32,000 nt of DNA from Pasteurella multocida. Its GTDB lineage: Bacteria; Pseudomonadota; Gammaproteobacteria; Enterobacterales; Pasteurellaceae. This document shows, in pieces, positions 7,687 through 18,448 of the stretch (within the stretch, counting starts at the first letter, position 1; each line of letters begins with the position of its first letter). The notes under the pieces are model-generated. The model ran no database searches, was not told the DNA's origin, and worked only from the letters and a program-made list of their open reading frames with translations. The stretch lies in the NCBI RefSeq assembly GCF_900187275.1, contig NZ_LT906458.1, forward strand, positions 2,160,001-2,192,000, written 5' to 3'. The translations under genes and the position numbers were made by a program.

Positions 7687-10485
7687 TTATGCGAATTGTC
7701 TGACTTCGCCCTGACCGTTGACGTTTTCATCACAGCGAGAGCAGAGCGATTCAGCATCTTTGCTGTCAGAATAATGCCAACAACGAGGGCATTTGTGATT
7801 CGCTGAACGTACCACTTTTACTGCAAAGCCTTTCACTTCACCTTCCGCCACATCAGCGTCTGCCAATGGTTTGACTTCTGCTTTTGAGGTAAGTAACACA
7901 AAACGCAATTCATTTTGTAATTTGGCTAAGAGTGGAGCGTAAGTGTCATTCGCATAAATGGTCAATTCCGCTTCAAGGGCAGCCCCGATAATTCTATCGT
8001 TACGTGCTTGCTCTAATACGCGGTTAACTTCATTACGTAAAGTGATGACTTGTTGCCAGTAAGCATCATTCATTTGTTCATTTGCATCTAACGCAAATAA
8101 ACCGTTGTAGAATTCTTCAGTAAACACAAATTCACCACGCTCACCCGGAATATACTGCCAGATTTCATCCGCAGTGAAGGATAACACTGGGGCAATCCAA
8201 CGAACAAGCGCTTCTGCAATATGCCATAACGCCGTTTGACAGCTACGACGTGCAAGGCTATCTGCTTTAGTGGTGTATTGACGGTCCTTAATAATATCTA
8301 AATAGAATGAACCCATTTCAATTGAGCAGAATTTCATTAAACGTTGAATTACTGCATGGAATTGATAGTTATCGTAGGCATCTTTAATTTCATTCTGTGC
8401 TTGGTATGCACAATCCACTGCCCAACGATCGAGCACCATCATCTCTTCAGGCTTAACCAGATCATGTTTTGGATCAAAACCATTTAAGTTCGCCAGTAAG
8501 AAACGTGCGGTGTTACGAATACGACGATAAGCATCGGCTGCACGTTTTAAGATTTCATCCGACACAGAAATCTCGCCAGTATAGTCAGTGGAAGCAACCC
8601 ATAAACGTAAAATATCGCCACCGAATTTATCCATTACCTCTTGTGGCGTCACAATGTTACCGATAGATTTTGACATTTTACGACCTTGACCATCAACGGT
8701 GAAACCATGCGTTAAGACTTGTTTATAAGGCGCTTTATTGTCGGTTGCGGTAGAAAGCATTAAGGAAGACATAAACCAACCACGGTGTTGGTCAGAACCT
8801 TCTAAATACATATCCGCTTCTTGACCATTAAATTCAGGACGATCTTTCACCACGGAATAATAGGTTGATCCCGAGTCGAACCAGACATCAAGGGTATCTG
8901 GTACTTTGATGTAGTTGTCGGCATCTGCACCTAATAATTCTGCCGTATCTAAATCCCACCATGCTTGAATCCCTTTTTGTTCAACACGTTTTGCTACTTC
9001 TTCGACAAGCTCAACGGTGCGTGGATGCAGTTCTTCTGTTTCTTTGTGGATAAATAACGCAACTGGCACGCCCCATGTACGTTGACGAGAAATACACCAG
9101 TCTGGACGATTTTCCACCATTTTTTCAATTCGCGCTTGCCCCCAATCTGGAATCCAACGCACTTTTTTGATTTCACTTAAGGCTTGTTGGCGTAAGCCTT
9201 GTTTTTCCATGCCGATAAACCATTGTGGTGTGGCGCGGAAGATAATTGGGGTTTTATGACGCCAGCAGTGTGGGTAACTGTGTTTGATTTTGCTGAATTT
9301 CAGCATTGCACCCACTTCTTGTAATTTGGCGACCACTAAATCATTCGATTCAAACACGCCTTTGCCCGCAAAGAACGGCACATCAGCTTTAAACAAGCCA
9401 TCGTTACCAATTAAGCCCGCCATTTCGATGCCATTTTTTTGCGCAATAATGTAGTCGTCATGACCATGATCTGGTGCGGTGTGTACTAAACCGGTACCGC
9501 CATCAGTGGTAACGTGATCACCTAAAATAAAGGGCACGCTAAAATCATAAAACGGATGTTGGAAACGTAACCATTCAAGATCTTTCCCTTTGCTTTCGCC
9601 TAAGATGACAACTTGTTCTACCCCCGCCGCTTTTGCTACTTCTTCTACTAAGTCTTTGGCTAAAATCACACGCTCATCATTGAATTGAACGAGTTGGTAA
9701 TCCAAATTTTCATGAATAGCGATAGCGCGGTTAGACGGAATGGTCCAAGGCGTAGTCGTCCAAATAACCGCTGAAATGTTACCTGTACCTTTGTCTGTCG
9801 CATTGAATTTCGCTAAAACGGCGTCAGAATCCACCGCACTAAAACGCACATAGATAGAAGGGGAGACTTTGTCTTCGTATTCGACTTCGGCTTCAGCCAA
9901 TGAAGAGGCGCAGTCTAAACACCAGTGAACCGGTTTTGAACCTTTGTATAGATGCCCATTTTCCACGGCTTTACCAAAGGCGCGAATGATATTCGCTTCG
10001 GTGTGATAATTCATGGTTAAGTAGGGATTGTCCCAGTCACCTAATACGCCAAGACGGATAAAATCTTTTTTCTGACCTTCAACTTGTTCTGCCGCATATT
10101 GACGGCATGCCTCACGAAATTGTGCTGCACTGATATTTTGGTTTGGTTTACCCACTAAACCTTCAACTTTTAATTCAATCGGCAAGCCGTGGCAGTCCCA
10201 ACCCGGAATATAAGGAGAGTCATAACCTAATGCCGTTTTGGATTTCACAATAATATCTTTCAGGATTTTATTGACGGCGTGACCAATATGGATAGTGCCG
10301 TTTGCATAAGGAGGGCCGTCATGCAGAATAAATGATTTTTTACCTTTGGACGCTTGACGGATTTTTTGGTAAAGATCTTTCTCGTACCAGCTTTTTAACA
10401 TATTTGGCTCACGTTTAGCCAAATCCCCACGCATAGGAAAGCCTGTTTCTGGCAGGTTAAGAGTGTTTTTATAATCAACTGTCAT
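7687..10485 (-). CDS. ileS: Isoleucine--tRNA ligase
   Basis: 932 aa. It has the class I HIGH motif ([11 protein letters not shown]), KMSKS (RKMSKSIGN) and C-terminal zinc-finger cysteines (CPRCWHY...CSRC). Confidence 0.97.
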   Translation of the reverse strand: MTVDYKNTLNLPETGFPMRGDLAKREPNMLKSWYEKDLYQKIRQASKGKKSFILHDGPPYANGTIHIGHAVNKILKDIIVKSKTALGYDSPYIPGWDCHGLPIELKVEGLVGKPNQNISAAQFREACRQYAAEQVEGQKKDFIRLGVLGDWDNPYLTMNYHTEANIIRAFGKAVENGHLYKGSKPVHWCLDCASSLAEAEVEYEDKVSPSIYVRFSAVDSDAVLAKFNATDKGTGNISAVIWTTTPWTIPSNRAIAIHENLDYQLVQFNDERVILAKDLVEEVAKAAGVEQVVILGESKGKDLEWLRFQHPFYDFSVPFILGDHVTTDGGTGLVHTAPDHGHDDYIIAQKNGIEMAGLIGNDGLFKADVPFFAGKGVFESNDLVVAKLQEVGAMLKFSKIKHSYPHCWRHKTPIIFRATPQWFIGMEKQGLRQQALSEIKKVRWIPDWGQARIEKMVENRPDWCISRQRTWGVPVALFIHKETEELHPRTVELVEEVAKRVEQKGIQAWWDLDTAELLGADADNYIKVPDTLDVWFDSGSTYYSVVKDRPEFNGQEADMYLEGSDQHRGWFMSSLMLSTATDNKAPYKQVLTHGFTVDGQGRKMSKSIGNIVTPQEVMDKFGGDILRLWVASTDYTGEISVSDEILKRAADAYRRIRNTARFLLANLNGFDPKHDLVKPEEMMVLDRWAVDCAYQAQNEIKDAYDNYQFHAVIQRLMKFCSIEMGSFYLDIIKDRQYTTKADSLARRSCQTALWHIAEALVRWIAPVLSFTADEIWQYIPGERGEFVFTEEFYNGLFALDANEQMNDAYWQQVITLRNEVNRVLEQARNDRIIGAALEAELTIYANDTYAPLLAKLQNELRFVLLTSKAEVKPLADADVAEGEVKGFAVKVVRSANHKCPRCWHYSDSKDAESLCSRCDENVNGQGEVRQFA

Positions 10486-10518
10486 CTTGATATCCTAATG
10501 AATAAAATAAATTAATTT

Positions 10519-11454
10519 TTAAATTTGTTGTGTTCTGAAAAAATGCTTTGCGGTTTCCACATCTTGGGCGATTTGCTCTTTTAATGCCTCAAAAGAGGGA
10601 AACTTAAATTCGTTACGGATTTTGTGGCAAAATTCGACTTCTAAGCACTGTCCATAAATAGTTGAATGAAAATCAAAAATATGCACCTCTAACAGCTGTA
10701 CAACGCCATTAATCGTGGGACGTTTACCAATATTCGCAACACCGTGATAAATCTCTTGATTTTTTAACCGCACTTTTACCGCGTAAACCCCTTTAACGGG
10801 GTTCACTTGCCGATGTAATGGAATGTTAGCTGTCGGAAAACCGATAGTTCGACCTAATTTATTGCCGTGTGCAACACGCCCTAAGATGCGATAAGGTTTA
10901 CCTAACATTTTTTCAGCATAGGCTAAATCATCCTCGGCTAAGGCTTCTCGGATCGCAGTGCTACTAATACGTAACTCGTCACAGCAAAAACTGTGGTTAT
11001 CTTCCACGAAAAAGCCAAATGCCTCGCCTGACTTCTGTAACAGGGCAAAGTCACCTTGTCGTTTCGCCCCAAAACGGAAATCATCACCAATACTTAAAAA
11101 GCGGACATTCAACTTTTTGATGAGCCAATCTTCAATAAATTCTTCGGCGGTTTGGCTAGCAAAATTTTCATTAAAACGAATACAAAGCACATAATCTACT
11201 TTTGCTTGAGCGAGATAATGTAATTTATCACGTAGGCGCATCAGGCGTGCGGGAATGGCTTCGCCAGTAAAGTATTCGCGCGGTTGTGGTTCAAATAACA
11301 TCACGACCACCGGCAAATTCAACGCATCGGCTTTTTGACGTAAATGGCGCAAAATGGCTTGATGACCTAAATGTACACCATCAAAATTGCCAATAGTCAG
11401 CGCACAACCAGATAAATTTGGGGGTAAATTGTGAATGCCACGAATCAGTCGCAT
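10519..11454 (-). CDS. ribF: Bifunctional riboflavin kinase / FMN adenylyltransferase
   Basis: MRLIRGIHNLPPNLSGCALTIGNFDGVHLGHQ aligns with the E. coli RibF N-terminus (MKLIRGIHNL...). I therefore set the start at the internal ATG at 11454, not the ORF-track start at 11511. The C-terminal part contains G.PTAN (FPTANI), typical of the riboflavin kinase domain. Confidence 0.92.
   Translation of the reverse strand: MRLIRGIHNLPPNLSGCALTIGNFDGVHLGHQAILRHLRQKADALNLPVVVMLFEPQPREYFTGEAIPARLMRLRDKLHYLAQAKVDYVLCIRFNENFASQTAEEFIEDWLIKKLNVRFLSIGDDFRFGAKRQGDFALLQKSGEAFGFFVEDNHSFCCDELRISSTAIREALAEDDLAYAEKMLGKPYRILGRVAHGNKLGRTIGFPTANIPLHRQVNPVKGVYAVKVRLKNQEIYHGVANIGKRPTINGVVQLLEVHIFDFHSTIYGQCLEVEFCHKIRNEFKFPSFEALKEQIAQDVETAKHFFRTQQI
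10767..10775 (-). repeat. Hin-type USS core
   Basis: Exact 9-mer ACCGCACTT on the plus strand. Confidence 0.8.
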
Positions 11455-11542
11455 TGAAATCGTTATCCGTTCGAAATTTATAAGCAAAAATAATTCGGAC
11501 ATTATAAGCATAAATCAAGCAAATAGGCGATATTTTTTTAGC

Positions 11543-13117
11543 TTATCCTTTAGTGGTTAAATGATGTTTACGAATACCGACCAAGGCTAGCATTGAGAAG
11601 TAAATCACCACGGCAAAACCAATCAGCCAAATCAGCCAATGTAGGCGTGTTAAGAAGGTCATTGCATGCCATTCAAGTAAAGTGGGCGTGTTATACCAAA
11701 CTAATCCGCCCATGACACTTGCGGACAATAAAACTTTGCCAAAAAACACCGCACTTTGACGACTAAAATGGTAAACCTCCTCTTTTACTAAGCCACGATA
11801 AAGGAGATAAGCGTTAAGGGTAGCAGACATGGCGGAAGCCATCGCTAATCCTACATAGCTAAAGGGAATTGCCAGTAAATTAAAGCCCATGTTACTGACC
11901 ATAGCAATGATCCCAATTTTGACAGGGGTTTTAGTGTCCTGACGGGCGTAATAGCCGTTAGCCAAAATTTTGATGAGCATAAAACTGAGTAACCCAGCAT
12001 TAAATGCCCAGAGTGAAAGCGAAGCGGCTTGTACATCATTTAAGCCAAAGTTGCCACGCATAAATAACACTAACAGTAACGGCTGCGCTAAAATTGCAAT
12101 GCCGACCATCGCAGGCACACCTAAGAGTAGAATCATGCGAATGCCCCAATCTAGAGTATGACGGAAATCAATAGCACTTTGGCTTGAATGATCATGACGA
12201 TTGACATGGTGGCGTGCGAGAGTGGGAAGGATAACGGTGGAAATCGCAATCCCAAAGAGCCCTAATGGGAATTCCAGTAAGCGGTCGGAATAATATAACC
12301 AACTGATTGAACCCGTCATTAAAAAGCTCGCAATTAAGGTGTCTAATAATAAATTAATCTGACTGACAGACACACCAAATAATGCAGGGATCATGAGTGT
12401 GCGGATTTTCTTTACCCCTTCATCGTGCCATGCCCATTTGGGTTTGACGAGTAACCCGGCTTGTTTTAAAAAAGGAATTTGAAACAGAAATTGTAATAAC
12501 CCGCCAGTGAAAATACCGATCGCTAACGCTAAATCGGGGCTATCCATATGGGGGGCGAGGAACAAAGCGGTAGCAATCATCGCAATATTCAGTAAGACGG
12601 GAGAAAATGACATCACCCCAAATTTCCCAATCGTATTTAAGATTGCGCCAGAAAGGGCGACAAAGGTAACAAACCAAAGATAAGGAAAGGTGATTTTGAG
12701 TAGGAAAGAGGCTTGCTCAAATTTTTCCGCATTGGGTCCTTCATTGACCCAATCAATGAACCAACCCGTGCCAAACAGGGCGGCAATCAACGGGGAAAAG
12801 ACCATCGCCAAAATGGTGACAATGGAAACTAACCCGCCTAATGTGCCAGAGACTTTGCCGATAAATTCGCGAGTCTTATCCAGATCACCGCTTTTTCGAT
12901 ATTCTGCCAAAACAGGAACAAAGGCTTGTGAAAATGCGCCTTCGGCAAATAAACGTCGTAAAAAGTTAGGGATTTTGTTGGCAAATAAAAAGACATCTGC
13001 TGCCACACCCGCCCCCAGTAAATTTGCAATAACGACATCTCTGACTAAGCCTAGAATGCGTGATAACAACGTCATTGTACTGACGACAATGCCCGATTTT
13101 AATAATCCTTTGCTCAA
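11543..13117 (-). CDS. murJ: Lipid II flippase MurJ (MviN)
   Basis: 524 aa polytopic membrane protein. The N-terminus SRILGLVRDVVIANLLGAGVAADVFLFANKIPNFLRRLFAEGAFSQAFVPVLAEY closely matches E. coli MurJ. Confidence 0.93.
   Translation of the reverse strand: MSKGLLKSGIVVSTMTLLSRILGLVRDVVIANLLGAGVAADVFLFANKIPNFLRRLFAEGAFSQAFVPVLAEYRKSGDLDKTREFIGKVSGTLGGLVSIVTILAMVFSPLIAALFGTGWFIDWVNEGPNAEKFEQASFLLKITFPYLWFVTFVALSGAILNTIGKFGVMSFSPVLLNIAMIATALFLAPHMDSPDLALAIGIFTGGLLQFLFQIPFLKQAGLLVKPKWAWHDEGVKKIRTLMIPALFGVSVSQINLLLDTLIASFLMTGSISWLYYSDRLLEFPLGLFGIAISTVILPTLARHHVNRHDHSSQSAIDFRHTLDWGIRMILLLGVPAMVGIAILAQPLLLVLFMRGNFGLNDVQAASLSLWAFNAGLLSFMLIKILANGYYARQDTKTPVKIGIIAMVSNMGFNLLAIPFSYVGLAMASAMSATLNAYLLYRGLVKEEVYHFSRQSAVFFGKVLLSASVMGGLVWYNTPTLLEWHAMTFLTRLHWLIWLIGFAVVIYFSMLALVGIRKHHLTTKG
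11748..11756 (-). repeat. Hin-type USS core
   Basis: Exact 9-mer ACCGCACTT on the plus strand. Confidence 0.8.
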
Positions 13118-13347
13118 AATAATATACTCGTCAGGTTTTGTTTGGATAATTAGTGAGGAAAATTTGCTTAATTGTATAGAAATTTTGTTTTTACGCTATA
13201 TTCTACGTGAAAAAACTGCTAAAATCTCGCCCACATCGTTTGGTGAGCCTATCTTGAAAGCGCTTGATTGATATAACGATGCTTAACTTTCGGTTGTGTC
13301 TCACCGAAATCAATAACAAATTTTCAGTGACTAAACGCAATTAGTCA

Positions 13348-13376
13348 TTGACAAAAGCATAGAAAATAGGCATATT
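13348..13376 (+). promoter_or_regulatory. Candidate sigma-70 promoter for rpsT
   Basis: TTGACA (13348..13353), a 17-nt spacer, then CATATT (13371..13376). It lies about 50 nt upstream of the rpsT start. Confidence 0.45.
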
Positions 13377-13428
13377 TTACGCCTTTAATTTATCTCGTTT
13401 ACTAACAAATAATTTTAGGAGTTTGACC

Positions 13429-13692
13429 TTGGCTAATATCAAGTCAGCTAAAAAACGTGCGATTCAATCAGAAAAACGCCGTCAGCACAATGCAAGTCAA
13501 CGCTCAATGATGCGTACTTACATTAAAAAAGTTTACGCAGCAGTCGCAGCAGGTGATAAATCAGTCGCAGAGAAAGCATTTGTTGAAATGCAAAAAGTGG
13601 TGGACAGAATGGCTTCTAAAGGCTTAATCCACGCAAATAAAGCGGCGAATCACAAAGCAAACTTATCTGCACAAATCAAAAAATTAGCGTAA
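13429..13692 (+). CDS. rpsT: 30S ribosomal protein S20
   Basis: [17 protein letters not shown]...[23 protein letters not shown] matches E. coli S20. I set the start at the second TTG (13429), which gives 87 aa and a 7-nt spacing from AGGAG (13417..13421). The ORF-track TTG at 13423 is only 1 nt from the SD. E. coli rpsT also uses a UUG start. Confidence 0.95.
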   Translation: MANIKSAKKRAIQSEKRRQHNASQRSMMRTYIKKVYAAVAAGDKSVAEKAFVEMQKVVDRMASKGLIHANKAANHKANLSAQIKKLA

Positions 13693-13713
13693 TTTTTCGA
13701 TTCTAAGCAAATT

Positions 13714-13744
13714 AAAAAACCGCATTATCAGGTGCGGTTTTTTT
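13714..13744. terminator. Bidirectional rho-independent terminator between convergent rpsT and smp/ytjB
   Basis: AAAAAACCGCA (13714..13724) pairs with TGCGGTTTTTT (13733..13743) around an 8-nt loop. There is an A run on one side and a T run on the other. Confidence 0.75.
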
Positions 13745-13748
13745 ATTT

Positions 13749-14429
13749 CTATTTATTCAAACGTCTGCGACGTCGGTGGTAGTTTCCTACATTTTGCTTG
13801 GTTTTTAACACCTTAACCGCTTTATTTTCAGTGACTTTACGGTAAGTTCTTCGGTAATGGCTCAGGAAATAATGTATAGAGCTTGCCAATAATACCCCAG
13901 CCAGAAAAATAATAATTAATTCGCCATATAACTGATGAAATAAATGATCAATTTTGCTTTGTGTCGTTTTGCCATATTTGGAGTCAAAGGTCACCCGCAA
14001 AAAGCCTTCAATCCCATTTAGCGAATAAATAGGTTCTACAATTTGTTGCGTATTTTCTTCATCAGGTTGAGTGGGACTATTTAAGCCGAGTGTGAGGCGC
14101 AAATTTTGAAAATGACTGGTGTGCGCTAAAAGTTCCCCTCTATTAGAATAAATTGAGGCATCCAACACAAATTCCTCTTTTGCGAACGCATCTAAACTTT
14201 CCGTTAATTGTTCTGTACTTGCATTATTTACTAATAGCATAGAAAGTAAATTAGCCTGTTGACGGATTAATAAATGTGACAAATTAGACACTTGGTTAAC
14301 ACTGGCTAATTGTGAACCAATTTTGAATTGCTGAACACCAAATAAGATCACCGAAACAATCGCAATACATAAGATGATGATCGATGAAATCATGCTTAAT
14401 TTAATGAATTTTTCTTTGGTTAAATGCAA
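13749..14429 (-). CDS. ytjB: Smp/YtjB (AhpA) family inner-membrane protein
   Basis: 226 aa with an N-terminal and a C-terminal TM segment flanking a periplasmic-looking domain and a basic tail (RRRRRLNK). It is divergent from serB, the conserved smp-serB arrangement of E. coli. The call rests mainly on synteny and topology. Confidence 0.65.
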   Translation of the reverse strand: MHLTKEKFIKLSMISSIIILCIAIVSVILFGVQQFKIGSQLASVNQVSNLSHLLIRQQANLLSMLLVNNASTEQLTESLDAFAKEEFVLDASIYSNRGELLAHTSHFQNLRLTLGLNSPTQPDEENTQQIVEPIYSLNGIEGFLRVTFDSKYGKTTQSKIDHLFHQLYGELIIIFLAGVLLASSIHYFLSHYRRTYRKVTENKAVKVLKTKQNVGNYHRRRRRLNK

Positions 14430-14508
14430 GTTATTTTTTCCTAAAGATAAGTAAATGGGCTAGAATACCAACACGTTATTTTCAGCTCGACAATTTACAG
14501 GATTTTCT

Positions 14509-15471
14509 ATGCAAACACAAAATCTTGCGACGATTACGCAATTTTTTTCTTCTTTCCCTTGTTCGATTACGAGTAGTGAACCAGTAACGGAAGGGAAAAC
14601 ACACATGGTTGTCTATGGAGAAACCTTAAATCTGCTCAAGCTTCGTCAATTTCAACAAAAGTGCGGTGAAAATTTCATTATTTTAGAAGCTTGGAATGTA
14701 TTACACAATACAGTCGTATTATTACGAGGGGATTGGCACACACAATGGCTCGATTATGCACATGAATTGGGCCTTGATTGTGCATTATTGGATTTTAGTC
14801 CTCGTTTAGCACAAGCCGGGTTGTTAGTGATGGATATGGATTCCACAGCAATTCAAATTGAATGTATTGATGAGATTGCAAAATTAGCTGGAACAGGGGA
14901 GTTGGTTTCTTCCATTACGGCACAAGCCATGCGTGGCGAGTTAGACTTTGAACAAAGTTTACGTCGTCGTGTGAGTACTTTAAAAGGGGCGCCTGAAACG
15001 ATTTTAAAGACAGTACGTGATAACTTACCTTTAATGCCCGGTTTAGAAGACACATTAGCAGTATTACAACAATATGGTTGGAAAACGGCGATTGCTTCAG
15101 GTGGTTTTACGTATTTTACTGATTATCTCAAACAGCGTTTGAAGTTAGATTATACCGTTGCAAATCAGTTTGCTATTGAAGAAGGGATACTGACTGGTGA
15201 CGTCGCGGGTGACGTGGTTGATGCACAGTATAAAGCACGTACTTTAGGCGAGTTAGCAGAAAAATTTAACATTGCTTTACAACACACGGTGGCGATTGGC
15301 GATGGCGCAAATGATCTGGCTATGCTAAGTGTAGCAGGCATGGGTGTTGCATTACATGCCAAGCCGAAGGTACAACAACAAGCCAAAGTTGTGGTAAACT
15401 TTGCAGACTTTAGCGCACTGTTATGTTTACTGAGTGCAAATGATAAATTGGTTAAAGCAAATAAGGAGTAA
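14509..15471 (+). CDS. serB: Phosphoserine phosphatase
   Basis: HAD motifs LLVMDMDSTAIQIECIDE, ASGGFT and AIGDGANDLAM. 320 aa, against about 322 aa in E. coli SerB. Confidence 0.93.
   Translation: MQTQNLATITQFFSSFPCSITSSEPVTEGKTHMVVYGETLNLLKLRQFQQKCGENFIILEAWNVLHNTVVLLRGDWHTQWLDYAHELGLDCALLDFSPRLAQAGLLVMDMDSTAIQIECIDEIAKLAGTGELVSSITAQAMRGELDFEQSLRRRVSTLKGAPETILKTVRDNLPLMPGLEDTLAVLQQYGWKTAIASGGFTYFTDYLKQRLKLDYTVANQFAIEEGILTGDVAGDVVDAQYKARTLGELAEKFNIALQHTVAIGDGANDLAMLSVAGMGVALHAKPKVQQQAKVVVNFADFSALLCLLSANDKLVKANKE
14659..14667 (+). repeat. Hin-type USS core AAGTGCGGT
   Basis: Exact 9-mer, found by hand scan. Confidence 0.8.
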
Positions 15472-15477
15472 TGATTT

Positions 15478-15969
15478 ATGCCTTCTTTTGATATCGTATC
15501 TGAAATTACCTTACATGAAGTGCGCAATGCCGTCGAAAATGCCAATCGTGATTTGACGAATCGCTGGGATTTTCGCAATGTACAAGCCGCGATTGAATTG
15601 AATGAAAAAAATGAAAGTATTAAAGTATCTAGTGAGTCTGATTTTCAAGTTGAGCAATTAGTGGATATTTTACGCAACGCTTGTATTAAGCGTGGCATTG
15701 ATTCAGGTTCCTTAGATATTCCAACAGAATATGAGCATAGTGGGAAAACCTACAGTAAAGAGATTAAATTAAAACAAGGGATTGCGTCAGAAATGGCGAA
15801 GAAAATCACCAAGTTAATTAAGGATTCCAAACTGAAAGTACAGACGCAGATTCAAGGTGAACAAGTTCGCGTGACTGGAAAGTCAAGGGATGACTTGCAA
15901 GCGGTGATTCAATTGGTGAAAGGCGCAGAATTAGGACAGCCATTCCAATTTAATAATTTTAGAGATTAG
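15478..15969 (+). CDS. yajQ: YajQ family nucleotide/cyclic-di-GMP-binding protein (UPF0234)
   Basis: [10 protein letters not shown]...[21 protein letters not shown] and 163 aa are typical of YajQ. Confidence 0.9.
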   Translation: MPSFDIVSEITLHEVRNAVENANRDLTNRWDFRNVQAAIELNEKNESIKVSSESDFQVEQLVDILRNACIKRGIDSGSLDIPTEYEHSGKTYSKEIKLKQGIASEMAKKITKLIKDSKLKVQTQIQGEQVRVTGKSRDDLQAVIQLVKGAELGQPFQFNNFRD

Positions 15970-15990
15970 CATGTAATGCTGTGATCTAGA

Positions 15991-16016
15991 AAGCCGAGTG
16001 AGAACTCGGCTTTTTT
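15991..16016 (+). terminator. Rho-independent terminator after yajQ
   Basis: AAGCCGAGT (15991..15999) / ACTCGGCTT (16004..16012) with a GAGA tetraloop, followed by a TTTTTT run to 16016. Confidence 0.8.
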
Positions 16017-16052
16017 GTATCATGATACGCAATCTCGTGTGATTGCTCTTCA

Positions 16053-16316
16053 TTATTTACTCATGATTTTAAAGAATCTTAAGATAAAGATCAGAACACT
16101 TGCACCTAATACACCAAAGAGTAAGCCTGCAAATGAGAAACTGCCTGCTGCCTGTGCTGAGCCAATTTCAAGAACATCACCAAATAACCAACGACCAAGT
16201 GATGAACCGATAATCCCGATGATGATATTCATTAACAGACCCATGTCACTTTTCATGACTTGCTCTGCAATCCAACCGATTAAAGCCCCAACAATAATAG
16301 CTGAAATCCAACCCAT
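16053..16316 (-). CDS. GlsB/YeaQ/YmgE family (transglycosylase-associated) small membrane protein
   Basis: 87 aa. MGWISAIIVGALIGWIAEQVM......NIIIGIIGSSLGRWLFG is typical of this family. AGAGGAG SD precedes the ATG. Confidence 0.85.
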   Translation of the reverse strand: MGWISAIIVGALIGWIAEQVMKSDMGLLMNIIIGIIGSSLGRWLFGDVLEIGSAQAAGSFSFAGLLFGVLGASVLIFILRFFKIMSK

Positions 16317-16791
16317 ATTTTTCTCCTCTATGAGTAGTTTATATACAAAAAAATTAAAATCGATTCATGATTTTAAAAAAAGAAAAATGATATATAAAAG
16401 ATAGTGGAGTATGTTATGCATCAATCACACCATTTCTTATATAAAAATAACATAACAGAAATTTACATTATTTCAACAAAATGACGTATTTATGTACAAT
16501 AATCATGCTTGATGATGTTTATTTAATCAATTTCGATGGGTTGAAAACGTTTGTTCAGTGCTTTTTGTTATAAAGAGATGATGGATATTATTAGTGAGTC
16601 TCTTCGCCCTTCCGGCATTTTACAGTACATTTGAGATTTTATCTGGTATTACTCTATTTTGAGGCACGACGAGAATCAGCAACTTAACTATCAGTGAATA
16701 CAGGGTAATTAAACTCGAGTCGTTGTACTCAATTCGAAAACATTAACGGATTTGAGAGGAGGCTGTTGGATGAGGTTTAGGATAAGGGCTT

Positions 16792-16868
16792 TGGTGCCCC
16801 CAACAGGACTTGAACCTGTGACCAATCGATTATGAGTCGACTGCTCTGACCGACTGAGCTATGGGGGC
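16792..16868 (-). tRNA. ileX: tRNA with anticodon CAT, most likely tRNA-Ile2 (lysidine-modified, ileX-like) rather than tRNA-Met
   Basis: The minus strand reads GCCCCCA TA GCTC AGTCGGTCA GAGC A GTCGA CTCATAA TCGAT TGGTC ACAGG TTCAAGT CCTGT TGGGGGC ACCA. This is a 77-nt cloverleaf with a 7-bp acceptor stem and encoded CCA. The acceptor pairs C4:G69 and C5:G68 and a G27:U43 wobble match E. coli tRNA-Ile2, whose C4:G69/C5:G68 are TilS determinants. Elongator tRNA-Met has U4:A69/A5:U68. Confidence 0.9.
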
Positions 16869-16892
16869 TATATGAAATATGAAAGCTCGACG

Positions 16893-16921
16893 ATTATAGA
16901 GAAATCTTGTTGTAAAGTCTA
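16893..16921 (-). promoter_or_regulatory. Candidate promoter for the tRNA
   Basis: The minus strand reads TAGACT (16921..16916), a 17-nt spacer, a perfect TATAAT (16898..16893), then the GC-rich discriminator CGTCGAGC. It lies about 25 nt upstream of the mature 5' end. Confidence 0.45.
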
Positions 16922-17106
16922 GGGAGTGACTTTTATCTGTTTTAAATTTAAGCAAGAGAGAGGGCACATATTGCATATCTGTTTTCTTAAATTTAAGTTT
17001 ACTACGCGTATTTTTTCCTTATTACGACAGGAACAAGTAGTGTGGTGCTGTTTTATTTACGCTTATGCCTGTAACACATTCTGCGGTGTGTTGTGTTCAA
17101 ATTGGG

Positions 17107-17155
17107 TTGAAAATAATAAAGCCTGCGATCAACTTCCTCTGATGGCAGGCTTTAT
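17107..17155 (-). terminator. Probable terminator after the minus-strand TRAP operon
   Basis: 11-bp stem ATAAAGCCTGC (17116..17126) / GCAGGCTTTAT (17145..17155) with an 18-nt loop. On the minus strand it is followed by TATTTTC. It lies 13 nt after the dctM-like stop. Confidence 0.55.
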
Positions 17156-17167
17156 TTCGTTTCATCA

Positions 17168-18448
17168 TTAATAGAATAGGTCCACCATACCAACCGTCAA
17201 TGCAGGAATATAAGTGACCATCATTAAAGAAATTAATAATACAACAATAAACCAAACATTATCCTTAGTGACACTCCAAATATCTTTTTTCGCGATAGAT
17301 GAGGCTGTGATTAATACACTTGCCACCGGTGGTGTTTGCTGACCCACTGCAATGTTTAACGTTAAGATGATACCAAAATGAATCGGATCAATGCCCAATT
17401 GTGTAATCAGAGGCATAACAATAGGGACGACTAAAATAATGGCCGCCGCGCCATGTAAAAACATACCAACAATAAATAACATGACATTTAGCATCATTAA
17501 AACGATATATTTATTGTCCGAGATATTTAAAATTGCTGCAGCCATTTGTTGAGGTACTTTCTGTTCTGTTAAAAACAATCCCAAAACAGCTGACGTCGCA
17601 ACCAGTAGCATGACAACGGATGTTCCATTTACACTTTCTACCAATGCTTTATATACTGCATTGAGTGTGAGCTCTTTGTAAATGAAAAAACCAATGATTA
17701 ATGCTAAAAGTACAGCTAAGCCGGCCGCTTCTGTTGCAGTGGTAAAACCTGAAATAATCCCACCTAAAATCAGAACAGGTAACGTTAACGCCCAGAACGC
17801 ATTTTTGAATGCTGTGCATAATTTAGACAAGCTGAAGTGTTCTTCCCTCGGTAAATTATATTTAACCGCATAATAATAACATACAGCAAACATACCTAAC
17901 GAAGCTACACCACCTGCGGCAAGTCCTGCCACAAAAAGCTTAGAAATAGAAACATCCGCCATCGCACCATAAATAATCATGGGGAGTGAGGGTGGGATAA
18001 TCACCGCTAAGGAAGCCGATGATGAAGTAACAGCAGCAGAAAAGCTTGATTTATAACCTCTTTTTTTCATTGCAGGAATGAGGATAGAACCCAGTGCGGC
18101 AACATCCGCTACAGAAGATCCGGAAATTTCAGCAAAGATCATGGAAACACCCACATTGACCATTGCAAGCCCACCTCGGACGAAGCCGATTAAAGCATTA
18201 ACAAAATTAATCAGCCTAACCGATATTCCGCCTGTATTCATTAATGCTCCTGCTAAAATGAAAAGCGGAATAGCAAGTAATGAAAAATTAGAGGCGCCAT
18301 CAAAAACAGACAGTGCGACGTTATATATTGCATCAAAACTATTTGTAATTAACATACCTATGAGTGAAACAATACCAATTGCTACTGCGATAGGCACATT
18401 AATCATAACAAGTAGAACAAGTGCAATTAAAACTAAGAATGCAATCAT
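17168..18448 (-). CDS. TRAP transporter large permease subunit (DctM family), system 1
   Basis: 426 aa polytopic protein. It is paralogous to 27055..28347 (e.g. [44 protein letters not shown]) and overlaps the DctQ gene by 4 nt. Confidence 0.9.

Noticed and set aside
8469-9176. Short ORFs 8469..8666 (+) and 8994..9176 (-) inside ileS
   Set aside because: They are embedded in the ileS coding sequence, which is strongly supported over its full length. They are typical shadow ORFs.
11455-11511. 19-codon N-terminal extension of ribF in the ORF track
   Set aside because: Alignment with the E. coli RibF N-terminus (MKLIRGIHNL) supports the internal ATG at 11454. The extension (MLIMSELFLLINFERITIS) has no counterpart.
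13288-13309. 7-bp hairpin TTTCGGT/ACCGAAA in the murJ-rpsT divergent region, with a possible alternative pairing to GGTGAG at 13242..13247
   Set aside because: It has no T run, lies upstream of the best rpsT promoter candidate, and I cannot assign it a function from sequence alone.
16015-16404. 129-aa plus-strand ORF
   Set aside because: It is antisense to the well-supported YeaQ/GlsB-family gene (16053..16316) and starts inside the yajQ terminator. The protein has a biased Pro/Ile/Lys-rich composition.
16926-17171. 81-aa Cys/Phe-rich ORF in the tRNA-TRAP spacer
   Set aside because: Its GTG start sits directly on the only purine-rich stretch, so the SD spacing is zero. The ORF runs through the TRAP operon terminator hairpin and into the dctM-like stop, and its composition is odd. 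It is probably non-coding, though it is the only open frame in that gap.
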